From Trichosphaerium sp. ATCC 40318 (lineage: Eukaryota > Protista > Tubulinea): 64,000 bases of DNA. The position numbers were made by a program, and so were the translations under genes. Positions within the stretch are counted from its first letter, which is position 1. Each line of letters starts with the position of its first letter. The DNA lies in assembly GCA_038496445.1 (NCBI GenBank), contig JALMLS010000340.1, positions 69,190-133,189 on the forward strand. The letters run 5' to 3'. This document shows positions 1 to 10,931 of the stretch, piece by piece. Below the pieces are notes generated by a model. It had not been told where the DNA came from. It ran no database searches and saw only the letters and a program-made list of their open reading frames with translations.

Positions 1-1691
1 CTTGATGCTGCTCTTGACTTTACATACTATGCATCTCGTGGTTATACCGACAAAGCAATCTACGCTGAAATGAAGGGTTTGGCTGATGGTGAGCGCTTGC
101 TCTATAATAATTTTTGTGCTCATTGCCTCCTTAGCTTCTGGCGCTGATTACAATACGATGGTTAAGGTTCATATGATTGCTGGACTCACACAGGCACGCG
201 ACGATTAATAGTTTGTTTCATTTTCTTACCTTTATACAGGGTGCTTGCTCCATGTTTGGTGCTTGGGGATCTGCTTTAGGTAATGGCACAACCGACTTAC
301 TTCAATTGCGCGCTTTAGATTGGGATATGGATGGTACAAATTGTTTGTATGTTGTAGCTAAGTCTTGTCGACAGGTCCTTTCCGTGACTTCTCCGCTGTC
401 GTTGTCTATCACCCATCCGAGGTACAATCATATCTACTGTGTGCTATATTGTATTAAATCGAGCCAAAAAGGGTGGACACAAGCACGTGACTGTTGGTAT
501 GACAGGTTTTGTTGGTGCCTTGACAGGTGTTTCAGAGACACAACTTGGTATGACTCCTCTACCCGCCCTGGCCATCTTCTGTCTTAACAGTATGTTCAAG
601 GTATTTCAGAGATTGGTGTTACCTTCCCTGACGAGACTTTTGGCGAAATGAGCCGTATTGGTATTCCTTTTATCGTACGCCCTTGATTGTTTTGACGGTT
701 TTGTTTTGATCTTCGTACTTAATTGGCTTTAGTTCCTTCTTCGCGATATCCTTAGATACGACAATACTGTAGATGATTCCATTAACCGTATGGCAAATGC
801 TAGACGCACATGCGGTACTGTGAAGCACGTTATTTTATATACACTAAATACTAAGTTTAGATTTAATTCTTGGTGTTGGCGATGGTAAATCGAGCACTTT
901 CAAGGGCTTTGAGTACTCCTATTCTACCCTCAACATTTTTGACGACAAGAACATGATGCCTTACAACGAAACATGGCACCCTAGAATGGATGACGTTGTA
1001 TATTGGGGCATGGACTGGTACGGCCGTTTATTTATAAAACCGTTAATCGAAATCTTTTGTGATTTATTATCAATTTTTTGAATTTGTGGGTGACTTTTCC
1101 TCTCCTACAATTTTACCCCAAAAAACAATTAAGACAAAAATATAAAACCGTTAGGGTAACGCATTGGTTTTTTTTAATTTACGCCTCGTTTGGGTTTTTA
1201 TAAGTATCTGTCCTGACCTTACTTTATTTTAGGATTTGTCCTTCTTTTAACTTGGTTCTATCTCAACAAATCAAAAAGTATTATGGTAATCTTACACCAG
1301 TGAACGCTCTTCGTTACTTGACAGCAGTTGAGAAATCTGGAGATAACCGTACGTCTTCGAAAAACTCCAAAATTATCCAGAAAATAATTTTTTTGGATTA
1401 ATTTTTTTTCCGAAACAACAAAACAACTAACGGTGCTCAAGATCTCGCTTTTTACGATTTAACGAACATGGACATGTGGATTGCATTTGCTGCACCTCAT
1501 GGCGTTGGTGGTACGTTGAAAGATACCATGCCCATCTCTGGAAGTTAACGACATTCCTAAACTTTTCTTCTTTAACATACCATCGTTCTGAATGCAATGT
1601 AGGAAACAAAGCCGCTTACGCTCGCCAATTCACTCGTTTTGATATCAACGCATTGTTCAACGAACCCCCACCAACTAAAGCGTTGTTGTAA
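1..1691 (+). CDS. dcd1A-like / acid ceramidase-like Ntn hydrolase (5' end outside window, multi-exon)
   Basis: Spliced reading gives ...MIAGLTQG-ACSMFGAWG...LLQLRALDWDMDGPF...GFVGALTGVS...IPFIFLLRDILRYDNTVDD...VVYWGMDW...ALFNEPPPTKALL*. CS nucleophile and RALDW motif are typical of the C45/acid ceramidase-like family. Confidence 0.8.
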
Positions 1692-2149
1692 GGAAAAGAT
1701 CGTTGTAATAAAGCTCTTTTAACGCGACCTGGTGTTTGCTTTTTTTTCCGTTTTTCCATCAATTTTTTGGCCTTGTTTGTGAAAAAAAAGAAATAACGTT
1801 GTGGGAACCGTTATGTTTTTTTTTTCATGTATACCCTAGTTCACGCATACGCTCCAAAAAACGCACTAAGACGAATACAGCAAATATTGGGAACAGATGT
1901 AAATACTTATAGAAAAGGCATACGTGCTAGCGTACCCGAACGCAATGCAAGCCAATTTACGTCACCTCTACCACCTATAGGGTAAGTTTGAGAGGTTTGC
2001 AAAATAACGCATTATTACGTTTTTCCGGAACTAATTTAGCGTGCCTTCGCACGTGATTTGAAGCGACATTCGACGCACAGGAGAACACAATACAAAAATC
2101 GCGAATTTTTGAGTAATATACAAGGTATTACAATTTCTACCAGTTCAAC

Positions 2150-3151
2150 ATGCAGCAAACAACACGTCCTCGCGATAGCCACTTCCTACCATACCCTGTA
2201 GCCAATCAATATACCTACACGGTACCAACAAGACAATACGAACTAAAAAGGCTGAAGAAGGCACTAAAGGAAGTACAGGCGCTACAACATAGGTTTTTCG
2301 ACTTGCCTTTTGAAATAATTTGTGTTATTTTGGCATATCTGAACGTAGATGGGGACAGGTGTAACGCTTCTCGATCGTGTTCAATTTTCGCACGTGCTAT
2401 CCGCGAAGTTGTTGGTGTTTCAAATGTTTTTGTTGGGAAGGAAACACTGGTAGCTAATTTGCCTAATTACAAAGGTATTCTAACACGTGCGCGTGTCAAA
2501 GCAACTTACATGAAGAACGGTTATTTCTTCAAAGGTGTTAAAAACATTGATCTTCAAGGATGTAAGCACGTGACGGATGAAGACGTAAAATGGCTTGGAG
2601 GTGTTCATACAATAAATCTTTCTCGGTGTTACAACGTAACTGACGAAAGTATAAAAAGACTGGGAGGTGTTCACACTATCGATCTACGAGGTACAAAGGT
2701 AACGGATATTGGACTCAAGGCTCTTGCTGGTGTACACACGATACAACTTGGTAGAACTAACATTACGGATGATGGCATAACAGCTTTGGCAGGTGTTCAC
2801 ACTATTGCCTTGACGTGGTGCCGAAAGATTACGGACGCAGGCGTTAAGGCGTTGGCCGGGGTACATACGATCAATTTGAGCAATAATATCATCGCTGATT
2901 CTGGCATTAAAGCGCTCTCTGGAGTGCACAAAATAAATCTTTTTTCTTGCCAAAATATTAGCGACGAAGGTGTCAAAGCGTTGGCGGGTGTACATACTAT
3001 CACGCTTGCTTGGTGCAGAAACATTAGTGATGTTGGCGTTAGGGCTCTTGCTGGGGTTCATACAATAGACCTTCGAGGTACATCTGTAACGCCACATGGC
3101 ATGTCGGCCCTAGAAGGTGCTCACACCATATACAGACCTTTGAATGATTGA
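2150..3151 (+). CDS. Intronless F-box + leucine-rich repeat protein
   Basis: 333-aa ORF with F-box-like FFDLPFEIICVILAYL and about 9 repeats of GVHTI(N/D)LxxCxxITDxGVKAL. Confidence 0.9.
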   Translation: MQQTTRPRDSHFLPYPVANQYTYTVPTRQYELKRLKKALKEVQALQHRFFDLPFEIICVILAYLNVDGDRCNASRSCSIFARAIREVVGVSNVFVGKETLVANLPNYKGILTRARVKATYMKNGYFFKGVKNIDLQGCKHVTDEDVKWLGGVHTINLSRCYNVTDESIKRLGGVHTIDLRGTKVTDIGLKALAGVHTIQLGRTNITDDGITALAGVHTIALTWCRKITDAGVKALAGVHTINLSNNIIADSGIKALSGVHKINLFSCQNISDEGVKALAGVHTITLAWCRNISDVGVRALAGVHTIDLRGTSVTPHGMSALEGAHTIYRPLND

Positions 3152-3374
3152 AAGTAAATAAAACACTTTGACGATCATATTTGTTTTGGTCACGTGACTT
3201 TACCCTTTTGTGCCGAAGTTCTGTTTACTTAATTTTAACGGTTGCTAACGCGTTAGGAGGAAGATGCAAAATTGACAACATTTCATTTCTGCTTTGACAT
3301 TTCGCACTTTTTGACATGCGGTTTTTGGATTTGGTCGTGCTTCTTCCGTTTGCCTTTTTTTAAAACCGCTTCAG

Positions 3375-5003
3375 ATGACCGACTACAGCGAGATTTTAGG
3401 CTACATAACAGACGTACTCTTTGTACTATCTATACTGGGTGCTCTCTTTACGATTATCTCATTGTACGATAATCAAATTTCCGTTTTAATTACCACTTAC
3501 AAAGCCTTATTTAGTACCCTCTTCAGTAAGATTCGAACATATCCAATCAAGGCACCTCAAAAACTGAAATTTATAAAAAACTCGTCTTCTGATTGTTTTG
3601 AAAATTAGTTAATTATTTACCTCTGTGTTACCATATTCTTTGGTCAGCTAGTGTTTTTGGGAGGGTGCGGGATAATTATTTTTACTAACTTTTTTTATCA
3701 CGTGCTTATACGTTGAAGATTCTCTTATGGTCTGGGAAGCAAGATGTGTGCGGCGATAGCAGCAACAATACATTTTTTCTTCCTAGCGTACGTCTGTTCA
3801 ATTTTATTTAGTAGTCAAGTCACTATTGCTTACTTTCTTCATGTTTAGTAATTTCTTTTGGTACGTGCACCCTACTTTTATACAATTGTGTGATCAGATT
3901 GGACCCCGTGTTTTTTTACTTAATGGAACTGTTTTATTAGGTGCTTTTGTATTGCCTTCAACTTTTACCAAGTGCGAGAACCATTAACCACAAAAGCTTT
4001 TGAAAAATAACTAACGATTTTGTAGATGATTGTAAAGAGGAACAGCCGTACCAGAGAATTCGAAAAGTGGTAAGTACTTGAATTGAATGTAATCTAGTTG
4101 TAATGACGCCATTTTAGGTACCACATGACAGGATGGGGTTCGGCTATTCATTCCTCATTTTGGTGTTAATTTTTTTAGGCATCCCTTTGCTATTTATAAT
4201 CGGTGTTGGCTTGAGCAGATCTTATGGACAAACGCTGCAAGGAACAGAAGAAGATCCACATAGAGGAGCGTAAGCACAAAGAAACACAGAACTAAAGCGC
4301 CTATACTGAACGATTTATAGATGCTACATCAGGAGTGGATTGGCTGTTTTTCTTTCGTTTTTCCTTCCTGGACTAATAACTATATCTGCAAATGCGGTAC
4401 ATAACTCTTTCTATCTGTTTGCATTTGTTGATGTCCTTCTAAGGTTCTGTTCTTCTTTGTCGCCTCTGAAATTCATGGTACTCTATCAAAGGCTCCTGAA
4501 ACCGAGCAAAGAGAGAAAACAAAGGTACTAACCTTATTTACCTAAAATCACGTGATTCTCTGACAAGTGAACGAAGGAATTCCGTGTACTAGTGAGTATC
4601 TTTGTAACAGTTGGACTTACCTGGGTATTCGGGTTCTTAGCGGCTGTTTTGGCATTTTTACCAAACACAACGATACCTGCAGATATTTTCGAGTTCTTAT
4701 TCGCAGTGACAACTCCTTTACAGGCACGTGTTGTTCGTTTCTATTTTTTTTGGAAGCCACTTTTTGTGCTTTTTGTACTTGTTGGATTTTTTTTGACATT
4801 GTGTTTCTCAGGGTTTCTTTATTTTCGCGGCATACTGCATCAATAGGAAAGTACGCAACCAGTGGATCAAGTTTTTCGGAAAATGTTTCCCATGCTGCAA
4901 GGTCGAAGAAAAATCTACTACCAGCTCTGCTACCTTCTCCACTCGTGGAAATACCACTTCTGAGGGAGGTCAAACATCTAACTACAACTCAGAGAGAGTT
5001 TAA
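3375..5003 (+). CDS. 7-TM GPCR, family-2 (secretin/adhesion-like) TM core without a large ectodomain
   Basis: Spliced motifs CAAIAATIHFFFLANFFWCFCIAFNFY, YHMTGWGIP, GLTWVFGFL, PLQGFFIFAAYCINRKVRNQW; about 11 short introns. Confidence 0.85.
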
Positions 5004-5284
5004 AATTCGTTATAATCGTAGTTTGATGTCTTATAGCTCTAATAAACTACTCTTGTTATTAAAAAAAACCCACAAGTTCCAACTGAACAACCTTTTTCTT
5101 CTGTTGGAAAGGTAATAACTTACAGATAAAAGTATAATCGAGAATCATTCAGCCGGCAGTATTTCTTTGTGTGCACAAGAAGCAATGAAAGTGCATGTCT
5201 GGTCAGTCAGGAGTGGATTGTGGTGATTGTAAAAAATGGCAAAAAGACGCGGTTTCTTCCAATCAGACAAAGAAAAAATGGAGA

Positions 5285-5340
5285 TGTGGTGGTTCTACAG
5301 TTACTTGTAGCTTCCGTTGTTACATCGGAAAACCACCACA
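5285..5340. repeat. T/Y-shaped three-way hairpin
   Basis: TGTGGTGGTT (5285-5294) pairs perfectly with AACCACCACA (5331-5340). Inner hairpins at 5295-5310 and 5312-5330 are separated by a single C. Confidence 0.9.
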
Positions 5341-5829
5341 GTAAATAAGGGTGCTGTTTATTATGCAGCATTACACTGAATGACACAGATTGAGATATAG
5401 CAAAATCAAGAAGATTAAAACAAAAGACTTACAAGTACAATCAAGTTTTTGACTAAAATCAAACGGAATCTCAACCCTTTTTGCTCTTTATTAACACGTG
5501 TTTTTTTAGCTTTATCAAGAGCAAGTACACGATGAGCTGGGTGGAAGTTACATACACATATCTAACTCAAGAATTGGTGAAAAAGCTATGACTGATACAG
5601 TTAAAATGGCAGAAAAAATGTGTTTTCTACATGTAGCTCTGAGAGATGCCCATCCAATTAACTTTACAGATAAATTCTAGAATCTAGAAATTAGAAATAC
5701 TGCTTCTATAAGCCCTATATTGTCCGTGACTTACCTCAGCTGAATAAAATAAAAAAGTATTGATAATTTGTTTATTGATAGTAGTATATACAAGGCGTAT
5801 CATCCAACGATACGAAAGTTCGCATGTGA

Positions 5830-6738
5830 TCATACCTTCGCCAATACAGGCCTGAATTTTTTGAGTGCTGGGTCATCTTTACTGACCAAACCCTTCTTTG
5901 CTTTACGAACTTGTGAAACGACTGTATCAAACTTTTTCATTTCAGGTACTTCAAATATGCCATCTCCATTGACCTTGTTATTTGGCATCTGCTTATAACG
6001 TTGTGATAGTTTTGTTCCTTTAACCCAACCACATGCCCAAAGTGCATTAGATTCAACAAGTGGACGAATAGAACCCTTGGAATTCAAGTAGAATCCACTA
6101 TTAAACCTTTTACATCCTGTTTTGTTGATCACTTTACGAGCACCCTTCAATACCTCAAGTACAGCCGTAAGTGTTGCATTTGCTTTTGGCATTCCTGTCA
6201 TCACGTAAAATGTTCTTTTACTGATTGGTTGATTTCCTAGACCATAGGGTGAGTCATACATCACGATCACAAAAAGTAAACAAAGCAAACAATTACATAC
6301 CTAAACCAGATTTGATTTTTTCTTCAATCCAAGCTGTACGAACTGCTTTTTGAATCTTATCGTATGTTGTCCACCATGTCCCCATTGAGCAAGAGTCGCT
6401 GACATGAGCACAATAACATGTGCCATTTGGATTTGGGCTGATGATTCCGATACATGTTGCCAAACCAGCAACACCACAAGGTTTTGCTATCATAAACTGT
6501 TAGAATACATCACAGGCTTTAGAACATACGCAATGACTTCATGAATGTGCCTCCGACACCTCCTCCAACAGTTGCAGGGGTAATTGTGGGTTTCTTTGTA
6601 CTATATCATGAAGAGTGTCAGTAATCATTGGATTTCACTTGACGATAAATTAACGTACACTGGCGCCTTTGATGGTTTCTTCTTTTGAGTGACACGTTTC
6701 TTTGTTTTGTTGTTGGTTGATGTTTGTTTGTTTGACAT
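5830..6738 (-). CDS. Basic protein of about 250 aa with a CheD/CNF1/NTAN1-like Cys-His deamidase motif (3 introns)
   Basis: Spliced: MSNKQTSTNNKTKKRVTQKKKPSKAPVTKK...PKPCGVAGLATCIGIISPNPNGTCYCAHVSDS...FYVMTG...FRPVLAKV*. All three introns are GT-AG with CTRAC-type branch sites. Confidence 0.65.
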
Positions 6739-7109
6739 TTAGCTTGTTGTTGATTTTGATTTTGATTTTTTTTTCAAATCAGTGAAACAAGAATGACGTG
6801 ACAACCACAATTTTTATTTGGTTTCCTCGATAAACACTTTGCTGCACGAGCACTTCTTTCGCGATACCTAGTATTAGCGAGTGCTAATACTATGTATTGG
6901 AGCTTTATCAACCTATTTAATGGTATGTATAGTTTATAGTCTATACTACCGCTTTTAGGGTTGATCACGGTCATTCTTAAAGCAGAAACGTGACAAGAAG
7001 CCCTCTATCAATAAGTTTTACGTGAAATCTCACGAGAAACATCGTGAAATAAATAACGCGAATCTTGACATCAATAACAGACTAGAAACGTAAACGAGGA
7101 GTTCGCTAC

Positions 7110-7504
7110 ACTAATCAAATTGATATCACTCGAAGCACCCATCCACAATGAACGATACCAGATCTGGCGTCGCAGCAAGTGGTGGTACAAGGATGGCTCC
7201 TTTGGCGGAGCTAGCTTGCCTTCCAAGCGTAGTCTCTTTCTAAGAGCCTTCCTTTTTGCATAGATATTAGGGTTCTTCTTGTTCATCGCGGGAGCTGCAG
7301 TCTCTAGGGATTCTAAGAAGACCGCCAGCTGGCATACTAGCACATCTCTGACACGCTCTTAATTTGGTCATCAAATGCTATTAAACCCTGCCCAAGTGCC
7401 TGGAGTAAGTGGTAGAGAAGACTGAATATCAGCTTCAGAGCGAAGAGAAAGAGATTGACAGATTGCTGTAAGGAGAGTACTGGAACTATACCAAACATAT
7501 ACAT
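7110..7504 (-). pseudogene. Frameshifted copy of the orphan ORF at 52634-53026
   Basis: Collinear with 52634-53026. A 2-nt insertion (TCA GA GAT GTG vs TCA GGT GTG) near 7348 splits the ORF, and there is also a 21-nt deletion. Confidence 0.75.
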
Positions 7505-7813
7505 TATACGAATTAGATTTCCGAGTCCAACAAACCGGTAAGTTATAATAAACCGAAATATCGGGAAATTAGAATAGGCCGAAAACACTTTTTTGCCCGT
7601 TGAGTAGATCATTACAGGCTACATTTTGCGTTGTCTAGGCACGTAATAACAAGACACAGATATTGCTCTTACAACAGGGTAAATTAAAACTGGCCGTAGC
7701 CAGCCTGGGGAAAATACAATAGACCGAATAGTTCCGCCTAAAAACCCGAAAATATACGAAATTTCATGATGAACTCGCACCTCTGAAGTCATACCAAATA
7801 CAATACTACAACA

Positions 7814-8715
7814 ATGACAACAACTTACAAACTTACGTACTTTAACTGGCGCGGATTAGGAGAGACTGCCAGGTATATCTTCGCAGCTGCAGGCAAAGGT
7901 AAACCAAATAAAGGGAGTTTTCATATTTTCAACAGAATTGACATTTGTTGCATTTAGACTACACGGACGTGCGCTTTACCAGTAAAGAAGATAAAGATTG
8001 GCTTGCTTACCAACCTACGACACCTTTTGGGCAAGCTCCAACACTTGAAGTCACTGTTGACGGAAAATGTAAGCTGTCTGTGCATTCACTTGTTTTTGTT
8101 TTGAACTTTTTTCGTTTTTAACTTTTCCTAACACTTTCAATAGCCTCTTTATTTGGACAATCATCAGCAATCAACAAATTCTTATCGCTAGAATTCGGGT
8201 ACATGGGTAACAATAAGATGGAAGCGTTTCTCATTGACTCAGTTTGTACGTTGCTGACAAGTAGTATCTTGCCACGTGCTTACAACATAACATCTAGACG
8301 AGACATTGAACGATTTACTGTATGTATGGGCTGACGTTGTGTTCCAAAAGCCTGAGAAAGATAGACCAGGTCTTAAAAAATGGTTCGATGAAGTGACTGT
8401 CCCTGCTGTCTTAAAAAAACTAGATGCCATTTGGGGCAAAACAAAGGTAAAAAATTTCTTGTCGAAATACTTGGCAATAACACCTTCTTCTTAGGGACCA
8501 TACCTTCTCGGAGATAGAATATCACTCGCTGACATATATTTCGCCCGTTCAGTGGATGAAGTAGATATGGATGGTAGTGTAACCAAGCAACTACCGAACA
8601 TGCAAAAGGCCAGGTAAAAATATCTCTGATTACAAGCGATTTAACTCGTTATAGGGATGCTACTGATGTGTTGTTCAAAGCTTGGAGAACGACTAGACCT
8701 CAAACGCCTCTGTAA
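7814..8715 (+). CDS. Glutathione S-transferase (sigma/alpha-like)
   Basis: MTTTYKLTYFNWRGLGETARYIFAAAG...TPFGQAPTLEV...GQSSAINKFL...YLLGDRISLADIY; multi-exon. Confidence 0.9.
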
Positions 8716-8908
8716 CGTAGTGATGCTTCCAATAACATGTGAACAGAATAAATAACTTTGTTTTGCTTCAATACCTGCGGAAAGCATAGTTACCTTTATC
8801 GTACCTTTTCTTTTGCAACACAACCTACTAACATAAGAAAACACAATTTTTATGACGAGGCAACGTGTAAACATCTTACATAATATTTTCTTTTTTTTGT
8901 TGTACATT

Positions 8909-10620
8909 CTACAATTGTAGTTCGGGCGTCATCAACACGTTTGGCTTAGGAGCACGCCGGTTTATCAACCTTGAATCAATAGCGCTGCCTTGATTATTTC
9001 TTATCAAGTCTTGAATTGCATTGTAGTCCTTTGGGTTCACCCAATACGGTACACACACTAACTGAATCCCTACAGTGCAACAATGTCAGAAAAAGAAATT
9101 TGTTGAGTTAGTGTTCATTACATACCAAGTTTACCACAAATGTATGCCTTCTCATCATCTCTGCCTTCAAATACTGATAGAGTAGACGAATAAGGTAAAA
9201 TATCGTGATAGTGATGCTCTCCTAAAGCAATTTTAGTATAAGACAATAAATGTTTTAAATTAAAACTTACCTTGATACTCAAACGCAATGTTGTAGCTTG
9301 CTACATATATATCTAATGTAACAGGTTTGTAGCTACTACGGCTAACACCTAGGTAGTGCTCTTCAACAATATCTACGTCTGGAAATATTTTTCTAATAGT
9401 CTCGAACAGTGTGCTTCAAAATGATAAGGCTTTTTTTTTTAAATCAGCATTGGCCTTGCTTACCGCTGATGTGACTTCTTTGATGACGGAGCATAAACAC
9501 TTCTATCCCATTGAAAATTCGGATAGTACTTTTGCAGAGCATGTGGTAGGTATTGATATGCCCCAGATGCTCCAGATAGATTGGCCTGATCTTGAGAAAA
9601 GCGAAGCCTGAAGAAAAACTTAGATTTTCGATGGCTGACTTGACGTACCAAGACGATGGGCTAGATAATTCATGCATGTACTGTGCATCTCTCAGAAACG
9701 CAAGTTGCGTTTCGGTTGATGACCAATGTCCACGGACATGGCGACTAGAGTAAAATCAATTTGAGTCAAAACCCACTTTTTTAAAAAAAAAACACTTAGT
9801 GATTGGTATGCGTACTTTCCGAAGCGGTTTTCTTCCCATTTGAAGTTAGGGTATATATTTCGCAAAGCCTTGGACATGGACCAGTTGTACCTTGTCGAAG
9901 TTAAAAAAAATCAAAAACCAACTCTTTGTAATCACGTGTTTTTTTTTCCATCCAAAACGAAAACTTTTTTGAAGACTACTTACTTGCTTAATATACCTGA
10001 CCCAATGCGTTTATACAGTCCTCTTCCACCATACCAATCATCTAGTGTTTTCATGCCATACTCGTGTTCAATTTCGTTTATTTTCTCTGCTTGGAAATCA
10101 ACTGAAGACCAGTATTGCCTGGGTACACACCTTTCATTTTGGGAGTTAATTTCTCATTTCAAAAAAAACCCACATGACCAAAAGGCACAAAGTGTGAGTA
10201 GCTTGTAGGTATGGAACCAAAAAAAACGCACTTAAAGCGCCATGGTATCCAGTGATGGCCTGGATAAAGCGTCTTGAGGGCTTGGTATATAGAACCGTTA
10301 TAGTAGCTGTAACAGACTATTAACATCTTGATTCAGTTTACTAACGTACGATCTGATAATGCCAGCAGCCTTTCCGAATGATTTTTGTAGTTGTTTGTAT
10401 GTGACATTGTACCAATCCACAATTCGTTTGATCTTAAGTTGTACAGCAATTGTCCTGTCAAAATATTGCCTTGAGGCTCATGTTAGTGCGTAGAGTGTGC
10501 AAGCAAGTAAATTATGGTACCTTTGGCGGTTTAAATTCCAAAATCCGCTTGGCGCGGTAATATACGCGCCGTAGGTACGATTATTTACATTATGACGCTT
10601 AGAAACAAGTTCTAGTTTAT
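8909..10620 (-). CDS. Trp-repeat protein with C-terminal PD-(D/E)XK (Vsr/DUF559-like) nuclease domain; 5' end uncertain
   Basis: Repeats such as PSGFWN..RQYFD..IKRIVDWYNV and KALRNIYPNFKW. C-terminal LDIYVASYNIAFEYQGEHHY...RDDEKAYICGKLGIQLVCVPYW. Confidence 0.75.
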
Positions 10621-10931
10621 CAGCTTAAATAGTACTTATGACGACTTACTCGCACGCAACGCAGCGCTTTGCATCAGTTCGCTACCATGTTTATGTCATC
10701 TTAGTTGACGTGTGGCTTAACCATTGCCTTCTTTACTTACAAGTAGACTGTACGTCCGAACCAGGGTCGATTGCGCACCAGATTATTTATTATACAAGTA
10801 GCAGCGCCACTGCCTTCGAAAAAAAAAAAAGGTAAAAAATGATGTCTTTTTTTTTTGTTCGTCTGATGTCTGCAGCCAAGATAGAGCTTTTCAAAAAAAA
10901 CTAAAACCCTCATATTCCTTTCAACATTTTT

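Larger units (their letters stand above)
5264..7082. mobile_element. Putative 1.8-kb inserted module flanked by 5-bp direct repeat CAGAC
   Basis: Flanks joined at one CAGAC give GTTTCTTCCAATCAGACTAG, which matches the reverse complement of 53048-53067 (GTTTCTTCCACTCGGACTAG) at 18/20. No transposase or TIRs seen. Confidence 0.5.

Noticed and set aside
5285-5340. Hammerhead ribozyme or tRNA
   Set aside because: No CUGANGA/GAAA core, and no T-loop or cloverleaf on either strand.
5269-7077. Helitron, LTR element or retrocopy identity for the inserted module
   Set aside because: No TC...CTRR or TG...CA ends, no TIRs or LTRs, no sense poly(A), and the cargo gene retains introns.
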